Shown one piece after another: positions 1 to 8,832 of a stretch of DNA of 64,000 bases. The notes under the pieces were generated by a model. It made no database searches. It was not told where the DNA came from and saw nothing but the letters and a program-made list of their open reading frames with translations. Within the stretch, counting starts at the first letter, position 1. Every line of letters starts with the position of its first letter. The position numbers and the translations under genes were made by a program. This stretch comes from Phycisphaerae bacterium (GTDB lineage Bacteria; Planctomycetota; Phycisphaerae; UBA1845; Fen-1342). The DNA lies in contig JASFQK010000004.1 in NCBI GenBank assembly GCA_050115495.1, positions 125,609 through 189,608 of the forward strand, given 5' to 3'.

Positions 1-1
1 G

Positions 2-1120
2 TTCGTACCAGTGCAGCGCCGCGGCCAGCTTGCCGCCGAGCAGCCGCACGTAGCTCCAGACGTTCGGATGGGTCGCCAGCGTCGTCCACACGGTGGGCAG
101 GAAGTGGCCGTCGCTGTCGGCCATGATCCGCGGGGTATGCTCCCAGCTCACGAAGCCGCCGGCCATCGGCGGGTAATCGACGGTGTTGGCCATGACGAAG
201 GTGACGGCCCCTACGCTGTTGAAGGCGAAGGGAGACACGCCGACCGCGACGTTCCGGGCCACGGCCGGGGCGATGCCGAGCGCCACGCCGCCGAGCAAGG
301 GCAGCAGGCAGCGACAGAGTGCCGCTGGTCGGCGCGCGTGGCCAACAATCAACACGCCGACCACGCCACCGGCGAACAGCACGAACGTCGCCCGCAGCAG
401 CAGGGCCAGGCCGAGCGTGCTGCCGGTCAGCAGCCACCACGCCCAGTGCGAGCTGCGCGAAGCGCGATCGACCAGCAGCGCACTGACCAGCGCGAAAAAG
501 ACCGTCATCGTCGGACGCAGCAGCACCAGCTCATAGAAGAGCAGTGGGCCGCAGAAGACCGCCGCCAGACCGGCGATCCAGCCGGCGACGTCGCCGAACC
601 AACGCCGGGCGAGCGTATAGATCAGGACGTTGTTGAGAATGCCGAGAATCGTCTGCACGACGAAGACGCAGCGCGGGTCCGGCCCGATCAGCCAGTAGAT
701 CGCGGCGATGAAATACGCGTAGAGGGGCTCCTGGTGGAACCGCTTGCCGCCGTACCAGTGGTCCCACAGGGCCCGGCCCTGCTCGGCGGTCATGTCGCTC
801 GTGCCGAAGTGGCTCTGGGCGATGGTGGCGTGCCAGTCGTGGTAGGGGTGCAGGGCGCGGCCGGTGAGCCAGTCGCCGGCGGCGATCGTGCGGGCCCACG
901 TATCGAAGAAGTTCATGTCGCTCACGGCCCAGCGGTGGAGCCACACGCAGGGGCCTTCGTTGAGCTGGACGAAGTACACGGCGCGGACGGCCAGCGAGAG
1001 CAGCACAATCACCAGCAGGGCGAACCGGCCGGAGCGCCAGGCCGAGCGTGTCGCCGGTGGGGCAGGGGGGCCGGCGGGGCGGCTGGCAGGGCACGGGGCT
1101 GGTGGGGCGTCTTGTTGCAT
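2..1120 (-). CDS. Glycosyltransferase family 39/ArnT-like polytopic membrane protein (runs off the left edge)
   Basis: Not in the ORF track; translated by hand from ATG at 1120: MQQDAPP...FALLVIVLLSLAVRAVYFVQL...SDMNFFDTWARTIAAGDW...FHQEPLYAYFIAAIYWLIG...VFVVQTILG...YELVLLRPT. Many TM helices and a D..f...A / PLY pattern typical of GT-C/PMT-like enzymes. Frame open to the window start. Confidence 0.7.
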   Translation of the reverse strand, partial: MQQDAPPAPCPASRPAGPPAPPATRSAWRSGRFALLVIVLLSLAVRAVYFVQLNEGPCVWLHRWAVSDMNFFDTWARTIAAGDWLTGRALHPYHDWHATIAQSHFGTSDMTAEQGRALWDHWYGGKRFHQEPLYAYFIAAIYWLIGPDPRCVFVVQTILGILNNVLIYTLARRWFGDVAGWIAGLAAVFCGPLLFYELVLLRPTMTVFFALVSALLVDRASRSSHWAWWLLTGSTLGLALLLRATFVLFAGGVVGVLIVGHARRPAALCRCLLPLLGGVALGIAPAVARNVAVGVSPFAFNSVGAVTFVMANTVDYPPMAGGFVSWEHTPRIMADSDGHFLPTVWTTLATHPNVWSYVRLLGGKLAAALHWYE

Positions 1121-1229
1121 GTGTCGGCGGCGGCGCGCGTGGCGCGTGCGACGATTCTACGGTTGCGGGGGCACCGGGCAAACCGGGGCGGAGCGCTCCG
1201 CCGTACGAGCCGTCCGGTGGGCGACCGGG

Positions 1230-1258
1230 TTGACAGTCTGCCGCGGCGGTCCTAGCTT
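1230..1258 (+). promoter_or_regulatory. sigma70-type promoter for the lipoprotein-rsfS unit
   Basis: TTGACA(1230-1235)-N17-TAGCTT(1253-1258). Confidence 0.5.
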
Positions 1259-1284
1259 CCGGCTGTTTTCGGGCGAACAGGACC

Positions 1285-1866
1285 TTGCGCGAGAGTGAAC
1301 AGGTGAAGCAAGTGGATCGGGCGAAATGGCGGGCGTCGGGGGTGAGCCTGGTGCTGGGGCTGTTGTGGGGCTGCGTGCCGCCGACCGGGCCGAATCCGAC
1401 GCCTGGTACGCGCGCGAAGCCGGCGTCATCAGCGTCGCCGACATCGCAGCCGACGACCGCACCCGTACGGACCGAGGCACCGCCGCCGTCGGCGGCTCCC
1501 GCCGCTGCGCCAGCGACGGCCGCTAGCGAGGCACAAGCGGCCACCGCCGAGTCGCCCGCCAGTGAAGTGCAGCACCTGATCGCCCAGGCCGCGGAACTGC
1601 AATTCTCCAGCGAGCGGACGGAAGCGCTCTGTGCGCTCGCCCGTCGCTCGGACCTCACCGCCGCGGACGAGACGGCGCTGGTGGAGGCCGCCTGCGGCCT
1701 GGCCTTCAGCGAGCACGTCGCGTCGGTGTTTATCGCTCTTGCTGGCAATCCGCGGCTGACGCCCGAAGGCCGGGCGGTGATCCAGCGGCGGATCGGCTGC
1801 GTCCGATTTGCGCAGCACCGCGAGCAGGTCATGGCGGCGCTGGAGGGGCACGGCGGGGTCCCTTAG
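1285..1866 (+). CDS. Hypothetical lipoprotein with Pro/Ala/Thr-rich linker (start uncertain)
   Basis: Hydrophobic stretch ending LVLGLLWGC (lipobox-like), low-complexity linker, helical C-domain; stop abuts the rsfS start. Confidence 0.55.
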   Translation: MRESEQVKQVDRAKWRASGVSLVLGLLWGCVPPTGPNPTPGTRAKPASSASPTSQPTTAPVRTEAPPPSAAPAAAPATAASEAQAATAESPASEVQHLIAQAAELQFSSERTEALCALARRSDLTAADETALVEAACGLAFSEHVASVFIALAGNPRLTPEGRAVIQRRIGCVRFAQHREQVMAALEGHGGVP

Positions 1867-1867
1867 A

Positions 1868-2320
1868 ATGGCCGGCATGACAGCAAACGCCCCACGACGC
1901 CGGGAGAAACCCGCCGATGATCCATCGGCGGCAGACGATGCGCTGGCCTTCGCCATTGCGGCGGCGCGCATCGCTGCGGACAACAAGACCGCGGACGTGG
2001 AAATCCTCGATTTGCGCGGCCTGAGCGGTTTCGCCGATTTCTTCGTGCTCGGGACGGGCAGCTCGGATCGGCAGATGCACGCGGTGGTGGACTTCGTCGA
2101 GGAGCACGCCAAGGCGGTCGGCCGATCGCCGTTCAAACTGGCCGATTCGCGCTCGGCGCACTGGATCCTGGCCGACTACGTAGACGTGGTGGTGCATCTG
2201 TTCGACCAGCAGCACCGCGAGTTCTACGATCTCTCCGGGCTATGGGGCGACGCGCCGCGTGTGTCGTGGGAGGAGAACAAGCCCGACAAACAAGGTCCGC
2301 TGAGGCCGGAGAACGATTGA
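1868..2320 (+). CDS. rsfS: Ribosome silencing factor RsfS (Iojap)
   Basis: DNKTADVEILDLRGLSGFADFFVLGTGSSDRQMHAV...WILADYVDVVVHLFD...REFYDLSGLWGDAP motifs. Confidence 0.93.
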   Translation: MAGMTANAPRRREKPADDPSAADDALAFAIAAARIAADNKTADVEILDLRGLSGFADFFVLGTGSSDRQMHAVVDFVEEHAKAVGRSPFKLADSRSAHWILADYVDVVVHLFDQQHREFYDLSGLWGDAPRVSWEENKPDKQGPLRPEND

Positions 2321-2363
2321 GCACGCGAAGGCGCTCGCGATCGGCGGAATCGGACGCGGCTGC

Positions 2364-2391
2364 TTGACGTCCCCTCACACCGTACTATGAT
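2364..2391 (+). promoter_or_regulatory. sigma70-type promoter
   Basis: TTGACG(2364-2369)-N16-TATGAT(2386-2391). Confidence 0.55.
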
Positions 2392-2397
2392 TCACTT

Positions 2398-2470
2398 GCC
2401 GGCACGTGGTCCCCCCCCGCCACGTCCGGCGGGGCGTTGAACGCCATTGGCGTTCGACGCCCTCTTTTTT
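2398..2470 (+). ncRNA. Candidate ~73-nt small RNA or leader RNA (C-rich loop hairpin + intrinsic terminator)
   Basis: Starts about 7 nt after the -10 box. Hairpin GCCGG.ACGTGG / CCACGT.CCGGC with loop TCCCCCCCCG, then a 14-bp hairpin and TCTTTTTT. Confidence 0.4.
2432..2470 (+). terminator. Rho-independent terminator
   Basis: GGGCGTTGAACGCC-ATT-GGCGTTCGACGCCC (14 bp, one G-U) followed by TCTTTTTT. Confidence 0.8.
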
Positions 2471-2770
2471 CCCCTCAGACCAACGACGACCATTGGGCAG
2501 GCAGGACGCTAGGCCGATCAGAACTCGCGTTCGCCGGCTTCTCCGCTGACCGGCCACACGCACGGGGGGAGGGGGTGTCCGGCGCGGGCCGCTGGCGGTC
2601 GGGACGGACTCATTACCGGGCATACAACTCGTCGTTATGGGCTGGCGAGCGCACGGTGGCGTCGCAGTTCGTGCGGTCCAGCGGATGCAGTAAACCGCGG
2701 CTGGCCGATCACCGATGTTGTTGTCGGCTGTGCCATGGGGCGTGCAGCCAACGTCCAGGAAGGCGGGGCC

Positions 2771-3292
2771 ATGAGAGCCGATTGCATCAATCCCTTTGTG
2801 GAAAGCCTCTGCGATGTCTTTGCGACCATGCTGGATACGCCGGTGAAGCGGCGTAACCTGGAGCTGGGGCAAAGCAGCATTCTCGCCGAGGGCCGGCACC
2901 TGACTTCGTTGATTGGCATCAGCGGTGAGGTCAGTGGTGTCGTGGCGCTGTGCTTCCCGCACGAAACGGCGCTATCGGTCACCACACGGCTGCTCCACGT
3001 CGAGCGCCCCATAGAGGACGAGGCCGTCACGGATGCACTCGCGGAACTGGCGAACATGGTGGCCGGCTCGGCGAAGGCCAAGCTGAACCTGGCCGTGCCG
3101 GCGACGTTGGGGCTGCCGTCGGTCGTTGAAGGTACGAACTACCGCACGCGCTTCCCCGCCAACACCGCCTCGATCAGTCTCGTCTTCGGCTCCGACGCCG
3201 GCGATTTCTCGATGGAGGTCTCGTTCGCCCAGCCCGGGGGGGCCGCTAAGGCGTCCGCGGGATCGGCGGCGACTCCGCAGCCGGTCGCGTAG
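2771..3292 (+). CDS. cheX: Chemotaxis phosphatase CheX family protein
   Basis: INPFVES...VFATML, SLIGISGEVSG, DALAELANMVAGSAK (E-x-x-N motif), LGLPSVVEG. Confidence 0.88.
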   Translation: MRADCINPFVESLCDVFATMLDTPVKRRNLELGQSSILAEGRHLTSLIGISGEVSGVVALCFPHETALSVTTRLLHVERPIEDEAVTDALAELANMVAGSAKAKLNLAVPATLGLPSVVEGTNYRTRFPANTASISLVFGSDAGDFSMEVSFAQPGGAAKASAGSAATPQPVA

Positions 3293-4778
3293 CCGCGTCT
3301 TTCAGCCTCTCCTGCCAGATATGCGTCTGCTCGGCGTCGCCGGCCGCTACGTAGTAGTCGACGATGCGCTGGATGGCTTCGCGGCTGCGCTCGTGCTGCG
3401 GCCCGCGGCCCTCAAGGATGTATTGATAGCTATCCAGGAGCAGCGGCTCCGCCTCGGCCAGCCGGCCCAGGTGCGTCAGACACCCGCCCAGCAGGCTCTC
3501 CGTGTACGCCGACCACCATTGGTCTTCGTCCACCAGGTTCCGCCGCAAGGCGAGGCACTCTCGCAGAACCGGTTCGGCGGCGGCGTAGTTGCCCTGGGCC
3601 ATCAGCGTCAGGGCTGAGGTCTCGAGCGCCGCGGCCAGTTGCCGCTCGGCACGCTTGGCTCGCCACAGGGCGACGTTCTGGGCACGTTTCTGGTCGACCA
3701 GCTCGGCGCGGGCCGATTGCGCCTCGAGATACAGTATGGTCATCCAGACCGCGAACGTGCTGACCAGCACGAACAGCGCGGCGACGAACGTCGCCGGCAC
3801 GACGTGACGGGCGATCAGCTTGCGCAACAGATAGGCTGCGGTGGCGGGGCGGGCGAGGACCGGTTGGTTGGTGAGGTAGCGGTCGACGTCTTCACCCAGG
3901 GCGGTCGCACTCTGGTAACGAGCGATCGGGTCGCAGGCGAGCGCCTTGGCGATGATGACGCGCAGATCCCCGCGCAGGCTCTCGTGCAGCCGCGGTCCCC
4001 CGTTGCCGTTCGGCCCTTCGCTCCGCGGGCGCGGCAAATGGCCGCTGGCCAGCTCGTGCAAAATCACGCCCAGCGAGTACACGTCCGTGCGCGTGTCGAT
4101 GTCCTCCGGATTGCCGCGGGCCTGCTCCGGGCTCATGTACGGCAGCGTGCCCATCACCTTGCCCGCCTCGGCGAACATCGTGCGCATGGCCTCGTCGGCG
4201 TCGGTGATCCGCGCCAGGCCGAAGTCCAGGATCTTCGGGTTGCCCTCGCCGTCCACCACGATATTGGAGGGTTTCAGGTCGCGGTGAATCACGCCGCGCT
4301 GGTGGGCGTATTGCACCGCCGAGCAGATCCGGCAGAACAGGCTGAGCTGCCCGCGCAGCGGAAGCTGCTGTAAGCGCACGTATTCGATCAGCGGCACGCC
4401 GCGAACGAGCTCCATGGCGAAGTAGTGCTGACCCGCTTCGGTCCGGCCCGTTTCGTACAGCGCGGCGATGCTCGGGTGTGACAGGCGCGCGAGCGTCTCC
4501 ACCTCCTGCCGGAACAGGCGCAGGCGATGCTTGTCCACCGCACCCCGGCTGCGCATGACCTTGAGGGCAACCGTGCGTGGCGGTTCCTTCTGCCGCGCCT
4601 CGTAGATCACGCCCATGCCACCCCGCCCGATCTCCCGCGTGACGGTATAGCCCGGTATGGAGCCCAGCGGCCGCCGCATGGCCGGGGAGGCATTGGCCAG
4701 CGCGGCGGCCTCGCGGCGTGCGGCGGCGATGCGCTGCTGTTCGCTGCTGGCGTTCTGCTGGTTGACTGCTCCCTTCAT
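3246..4778 (-). CDS. Hanks-type Ser/Thr protein kinase with TM helix and C-terminal TPRs
   Basis: IGRGGMGVIY, VALKV, HRDLKPSN, DFGLAR, GTLPYMSPEQ, DVYSLG; TM at FVAALFVLVSTFAVWMTILY; TPR-like GNYAAAEPVLRECL / GRLAEAEPLL. Confidence 0.95.
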   Translation of the reverse strand: MKGAVNQQNASSEQQRIAAARREAAALANASPAMRRPLGSIPGYTVTREIGRGGMGVIYEARQKEPPRTVALKVMRSRGAVDKHRLRLFRQEVETLARLSHPSIAALYETGRTEAGQHYFAMELVRGVPLIEYVRLQQLPLRGQLSLFCRICSAVQYAHQRGVIHRDLKPSNIVVDGEGNPKILDFGLARITDADEAMRTMFAEAGKVMGTLPYMSPEQARGNPEDIDTRTDVYSLGVILHELASGHLPRPRSEGPNGNGGPRLHESLRGDLRVIIAKALACDPIARYQSATALGEDVDRYLTNQPVLARPATAAYLLRKLIARHVVPATFVAALFVLVSTFAVWMTILYLEAQSARAELVDQKRAQNVALWRAKRAERQLAAALETSALTLMAQGNYAAAEPVLRECLALRRNLVDEDQWWSAYTESLLGGCLTHLGRLAEAEPLLLDSYQYILEGRGPQHERSREAIQRIVDYYVAAGDAEQTHIWQERLKDAATRPAAESPPIPRTP

Positions 4779-4841
4779 AGGGGGCTCCGTGTCCCGAAAG
4801 CGCGGGCGTCCGCCGGCCTGCCGCCACGGACCGTCAGGTCG

Positions 4842-5465
4842 TTAGCCGGCGCCGCTCAGGTAGAGTGAGGCCGTGCCCATGGTCTGACGCAGGCAACGAT
4901 GCGCTCGGCTGCGCAGCATGACGACGGCGCCGGGGCTGCGGTTGAGCACGCGGGCCACGTCCGCCGAATGGGCACCTTGCAGGTCGATCATCCGGATGAC
5001 GGTCCGGTACTGCTCGGGGAGTTGCTCGATGGCTCGTTCGAGCTGAACGCGGGCCTCGTCGCGGGCGGCGCAGCGGCTCGGAGAGCTGTGCGTACCGGCC
5101 AGACGTTCGTATAGAACGAGGAACGATTCGTCGTCCGGGCGGGCTTCGACGCGTCGCCGGTTCTTGCCGCGCTTCTCTGCGTCGAGCATGCGCAGGGCGT
5201 CCAGCAGGTTGCGTTGGGCCAGTGTCGTGAGCCAGGCGTGAAACGAACCCGCTCCACGTGGCTCGAAATGTTTGATGTCGAGAAACGCGTCGATGTAGGT
5301 TTCCTGCACGACGTCGTCTATGGAGAGGACCGATTGCCAGCGTGGGGGGATGCTGCCGGCGAGTCGCCGGGCTAAGTCAGGGCCGTGCTGCTCGAGCAAT
5401 TGGGCCAAGGCGTCGGCGTCGCCGGCCACCGCCTGATCGAGCAATTGGTCTTCCGAAGCGTTCAT
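4842..5465 (-). CDS. ECF-type RNA polymerase sigma-70 factor (planctomycete kinase-associated type)
   Basis: GDADALAQLL, DDVVQETYIDAF, FHAWLTTLAQRNLLD, SSPSR linker, LPEQYRTVI...VARVLNRSPGAV region 4; directly upstream of the kinase. Confidence 0.92.
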   Translation of the reverse strand: MNASEDQLLDQAVAGDADALAQLLEQHGPDLARRLAGSIPPRWQSVLSIDDVVQETYIDAFLDIKHFEPRGAGSFHAWLTTLAQRNLLDALRMLDAEKRGKNRRRVEARPDDESFLVLYERLAGTHSSPSRCAARDEARVQLERAIEQLPEQYRTVIRMIDLQGAHSADVARVLNRSPGAVVMLRSRAHRCLRQTMGTASLYLSGAG

Positions 5466-5628
5466 TGTCACCACGCGGGAACCCGGAAGGTGTGGGTCCC
5501 ACCAACCAAGCGTAGCAACGCCCCGGTGGCCCTACAAGCGCAGATAGCTGGAATGGGCGAGGTCGCCGTAATTATAGGACCATAGTACATGGATGCCGCC
5601 GCGGCTCTTGCCGGGATAAAGTTGTCGA

Positions 5629-5675
5629 TTCTTGCGTGGCATGCGATACCGGCCTTCGCTTATAAGGATATGGGG
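5629..5675 (+). promoter_or_regulatory. Conserved upstream motif, copy 1 (shared by the three prepilin-type paralogs)
   Basis: GCGTGGCATGCGATACCGGCCTTCGCTTATAAGGATATGGGG aligns with 7112-7154 and 8606-8648. Confidence 0.6.
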
Positions 5676-5843
5676 TTCTGCGCGAGGTAGACGGCGGCAC
5701 TCGCCCGACTCGCGTCGTGCTCCGTACCTGGGAGGCTGTGAGACGCCGGGAAGGGTCGCCGGCGCAACTCGCTGGACCATTGCGTGTGATGGTCCGATAA
5801 GCCTGCCACACTTCTGTTTGCCGAGGCGCGAAGGAGAAACGAG

Positions 5844-6896
5844 ATGGTCAAATCTAGACGGAGTGCCTTTACCCTGATTGAGCTGCTCGTGGTTGTGGCG
5901 ATCATCGCGCTGCTCATTTCCATCCTGCTGCCGAGCCTGAGCCAGGCCCGTGAGCAGGGCAAGAAGGCCGTGTGCATGTCGAACCTCAAGTCCCTGGCCC
6001 AGGCTTCGCATGCGTACGCGACTGACGACCGGCGGGAGCAGATCGTGCCGTTGCACATCTCGCACGCCAGGATCGCGTCTACCGGATTCGGTTCCGAGTG
6101 GTGCTGGCGGACGGCCGAGCCGTACGCTTACGGCGGTCGCACGCCGACCAAGCCGTTCACCGGCAACGGCGGCAACACGGAAATCATGATGGACGAGGAT
6201 GGCATCTGGGCCGCTCACACCCGCCCGCTCAACCGGTACGTCTACGGTGACATCGACCAGGCGGACTCAAAGAAGCTCGAGATGTACCACTGCCCGTCGG
6301 ACAAGGGCTATCCGGACAACGTCCGTTGGGTGCAGGACGCCCCGAACGACTGCGCCGAGATCCCGCTGTACGACATGCTGGGCAACGGCTACCGCATCAA
6401 TACGTGCGGGATGCTGTGGGTGTCCGGGGCGCAGCGGCAGGCGTCCGTGTCGGTCAGTGCTTGGGGCCACGCGGCCTCGACGATCGACAACCCCTCGCGG
6501 ACGGTTCTCTACTCCGAGCCGCTGTTCTACAACTTCAGCCGGCAGGAGGCTGATGAGGATCCGACGCTCGTTCCCATTGAGGGTTGGCACCGCCGCGTGA
6601 TGTCGGACAACGTCGCCTATTGCGACGGCTCCGGGAAGATGACCCGCGTGGATCAGCTCTCGAAGTTCGACGGCGTGACGATCGGCGCCATGAACGTGAC
6701 GCGGGCTTTCCCGTGGAACTACTTCCTGCGTCGTGGCCGGACGTGGCAGACGGACTGCTACCCATCGCCGGGTGCGCTGTTCCTGGTCTTCGGGCCGACC
6801 GGCGCGCCGATCTTTGACGCTATGGGCTACATTGCCACCTCGGGCTATCGCGGCTGGCCGTTCGACGGCATCCGCCCGAACCTTGCCCCAGATTAA
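5844..6896 (+). CDS. Prepilin-type N-terminal cleavage/methylation protein (DUF1559-like, H-Xn-DG), paralog 1
   Basis: AFTLIELLVVVAIIALLISILLPSLSQARE...CMSNLK; YHCPSD; GWHRRVMSDNVAYCDG; RBS GGAGA. Confidence 0.92.
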   Translation: MVKSRRSAFTLIELLVVVAIIALLISILLPSLSQAREQGKKAVCMSNLKSLAQASHAYATDDRREQIVPLHISHARIASTGFGSEWCWRTAEPYAYGGRTPTKPFTGNGGNTEIMMDEDGIWAAHTRPLNRYVYGDIDQADSKKLEMYHCPSDKGYPDNVRWVQDAPNDCAEIPLYDMLGNGYRINTCGMLWVSGAQRQASVSVSAWGHAASTIDNPSRTVLYSEPLFYNFSRQEADEDPTLVPIEGWHRRVMSDNVAYCDGSGKMTRVDQLSKFDGVTIGAMNVTRAFPWNYFLRRGRTWQTDCYPSPGALFLVFGPTGAPIFDAMGYIATSGYRGWPFDGIRPNLAPD

Positions 6897-6928
6897 GCCG
6901 AGCCTCTGCAACCGCAGTCTGTTGAACG

Positions 6929-6964
6929 AGGCCGCCCGGTTCGTCGCCGGGCGGCTTCTTTTTT
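6929..6964 (+). terminator. Rho-independent terminator after paralog 1
   Basis: AGGCCGCCCGG-TTCGTCG-CCGGGCGGCTT followed by CTTTTTT. Confidence 0.8.
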
Positions 6965-7083
6965 CCATGCGCGTGCGGGCGGGTAGGTCGCACGGACGCG
7001 GGGCGTACCTGTCTGGTGCTGGTTTGATGTTAGTTATTATCGGGCCATGCGCGGCTCGTCGTCGCCGGCCTTTGGCGGGGCCG

Positions 7084-7154
7084 AAAAAAAAATAAAAAGT
7101 GACGGTTCCCGCGCGTGGTGTTTGACGCCCGCCTTCGCTTACGAGAAAGTGGAG
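7084..7154 (+). promoter_or_regulatory. A-tract plus conserved upstream motif, copy 2
   Basis: AAAAAAAAATAAAAA, then GCGTGGTGTTTGACGCCCGCCTTCGCTTACGAGAAAGTGGAG. Confidence 0.55.
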
Positions 7155-7334
7155 CTGTCTGGGGGGGATGGGTACGTCCATCCTACAGACCGCCGCCCGA
7201 ATGTTGTATTCCGGCCGGCGTTAACCTCCACGTGCGGGGCCTGCGTGCCGCCCGGCGGTGCTGCCGTGACGGTCTGCGGGTTGACCCGAGAGGCACAATG
7301 AATCGTGAGCGCCGAAGCGCAAAGGAGAAACGAA

Positions 7335-8390
7335 ATGGTCAAAGCCAAGCGGAGCGCCTTCACCCTGATTGAGCTGCTGGTGGTCGTGGCGATCATCGCG
7401 CTGCTCATCTCCATCCTGTTGCCGAGCCTGAGCCAGGCCCGTGAGCAGGGCAAGAAGGCCGTGTGCATGTCGAACCTCAAGTCGATCGCCCAGGCCTCCC
7501 ACGCCTATGCGGCCGATGACCGGCGCGAGCAGCTCGTCCCGCTGCATATCTCGCACGTGTCCAGCCAGTCGTCCCAGGGTTTCGGGGCCGAGTGGTCGTG
7601 GCGCACGGCCGAGCCGTATGCGTACGGCGGTCGCACGCCGACCAAGCCGTTCACCGGCAACGGCGGCAACACGGAAGTCATGATGGACGAGACCGGCATC
7701 TGGGCTGCCCACACGCGTCCGCTCAACCGGTACGTCTACGGCGACATCGACCAGGCGGATTCGAAGAAGCTCGAGATGTACCACTGCCCATCGGACAAGG
7801 GCTATCCGGACAACGACCGCTGGGTACAGGACGCCCCGCCCGATTGCGCTGAGATCCCGCTGTACGACATGCTCGGCAACGGCTACCGCATTAACACATG
7901 CGGTCTGGTCTTCATCTCGGGAAGCCAGAAGAGTGGCTCCGTGTCGGTCAGTGCCTGGGGCCACGCGGCCTCGACGATCGACAACCCCTCACGGACGGTG
8001 CTCTACTCCGAGCCGCTGTTCTACAACTTCAGCCGCCAGGAGTCCGACGAGGATCCGACGCTTGTTCCCATTGAGGGCTGGCACCGCCGCGTGATGTCGG
8101 ACAACGTCGCCTACTGTGACGGCTCCGGGAAGATGACCCGCGTGGACCAGCTCTCGAAGTTCGACGGCGTGACGATCGGCGCGATGAACGTGACGCGGGC
8201 CTTCGGCTGGCACTACTTCCTGCGTCGCGGCCGCACGTGGCAAACGGACTGCTACCCGTCGCCCGGGGCTGCGATCCAGGTTTACAACGTCAACGGCACG
8301 CTCTACAGCGACATCCTCAGCCATATTGCCCAGTCGGGCTACCGTGGCTGGCCGTTCGATGGTCTGCGGGCGAATACCACGCCGGAGTAG
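7335..8390 (+). CDS. Prepilin-type N-terminal cleavage/methylation protein, paralog 2
   Basis: MVKAKRSAFTLIELL... after AAGGAGA RBS; long blocks identical to paralogs 1 and 3. Confidence 0.92.
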   Translation: MVKAKRSAFTLIELLVVVAIIALLISILLPSLSQAREQGKKAVCMSNLKSIAQASHAYAADDRREQLVPLHISHVSSQSSQGFGAEWSWRTAEPYAYGGRTPTKPFTGNGGNTEVMMDETGIWAAHTRPLNRYVYGDIDQADSKKLEMYHCPSDKGYPDNDRWVQDAPPDCAEIPLYDMLGNGYRINTCGLVFISGSQKSGSVSVSAWGHAASTIDNPSRTVLYSEPLFYNFSRQESDEDPTLVPIEGWHRRVMSDNVAYCDGSGKMTRVDQLSKFDGVTIGAMNVTRAFGWHYFLRRGRTWQTDCYPSPGAAIQVYNVNGTLYSDILSHIAQSGYRGWPFDGLRANTTPE

Positions 8391-8421
8391 GCCGACTCTC
8401 CGAAACCACAGTCTGCTCTAG

Positions 8422-8457
8422 GAAGCCGCCCGGCTTGTCGCCGGGCGGCTTCTTTTT
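8422..8457 (+). terminator. Rho-independent terminator after paralog 2
   Basis: GAAGCCGCCCGGC-TTGTC-GCCGGGCGGCTTC-TTTTT. Confidence 0.85.
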
Positions 8458-8601
8458 GTCTTGGAGGGCTGGTCGGGGCGGAAGCGCAAACGCGCGCAGC
8501 GACCGGCGGGGCGGGTGTGACGGCGACAGTTATCGGGCCTTGTGGGCCATGCTCTGACGCCGAACTCAGCCACGGTGGAGAAGAACGCGTGACACCGGCT
8601 C

Positions 8602-8648
8602 TTCTCGCGTGGCATGCGACGCCAGCTTTCGCTTAAGAGAACGTGGAG
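8602..8648 (+). promoter_or_regulatory. Conserved upstream motif, copy 3
   Basis: TTCTCGCGTGGCATGCGACGCCAGCTTTCGCTTAAGAGAACGTGGAG. Confidence 0.6.
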
Positions 8649-8832
8649 TCGTGTGACGGGCAGACGGCCGCGGCCATCTCGCCCAACGTCGCCGGGAAGT
8701 TCGGTTCCGGTTGGCGACCCGATCCACGAGTGGGGCCTGCGTGTCGACCGGCGGCGTTGCCGGGATGGCGAGCGGGATAGTCCGATAAGTACAGGGCACG
8801 TCATGGGCGCCTTGCCGTAAAGGAGAATCGAG

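Noticed and set aside
5635..5660. sigma54 promoter in the TGGCATG motif
   Set aside because: The GG-N10-GC spacing is not met in copy 1, no TTGC -12 element is present, and copy 2 lacks TGGCA.
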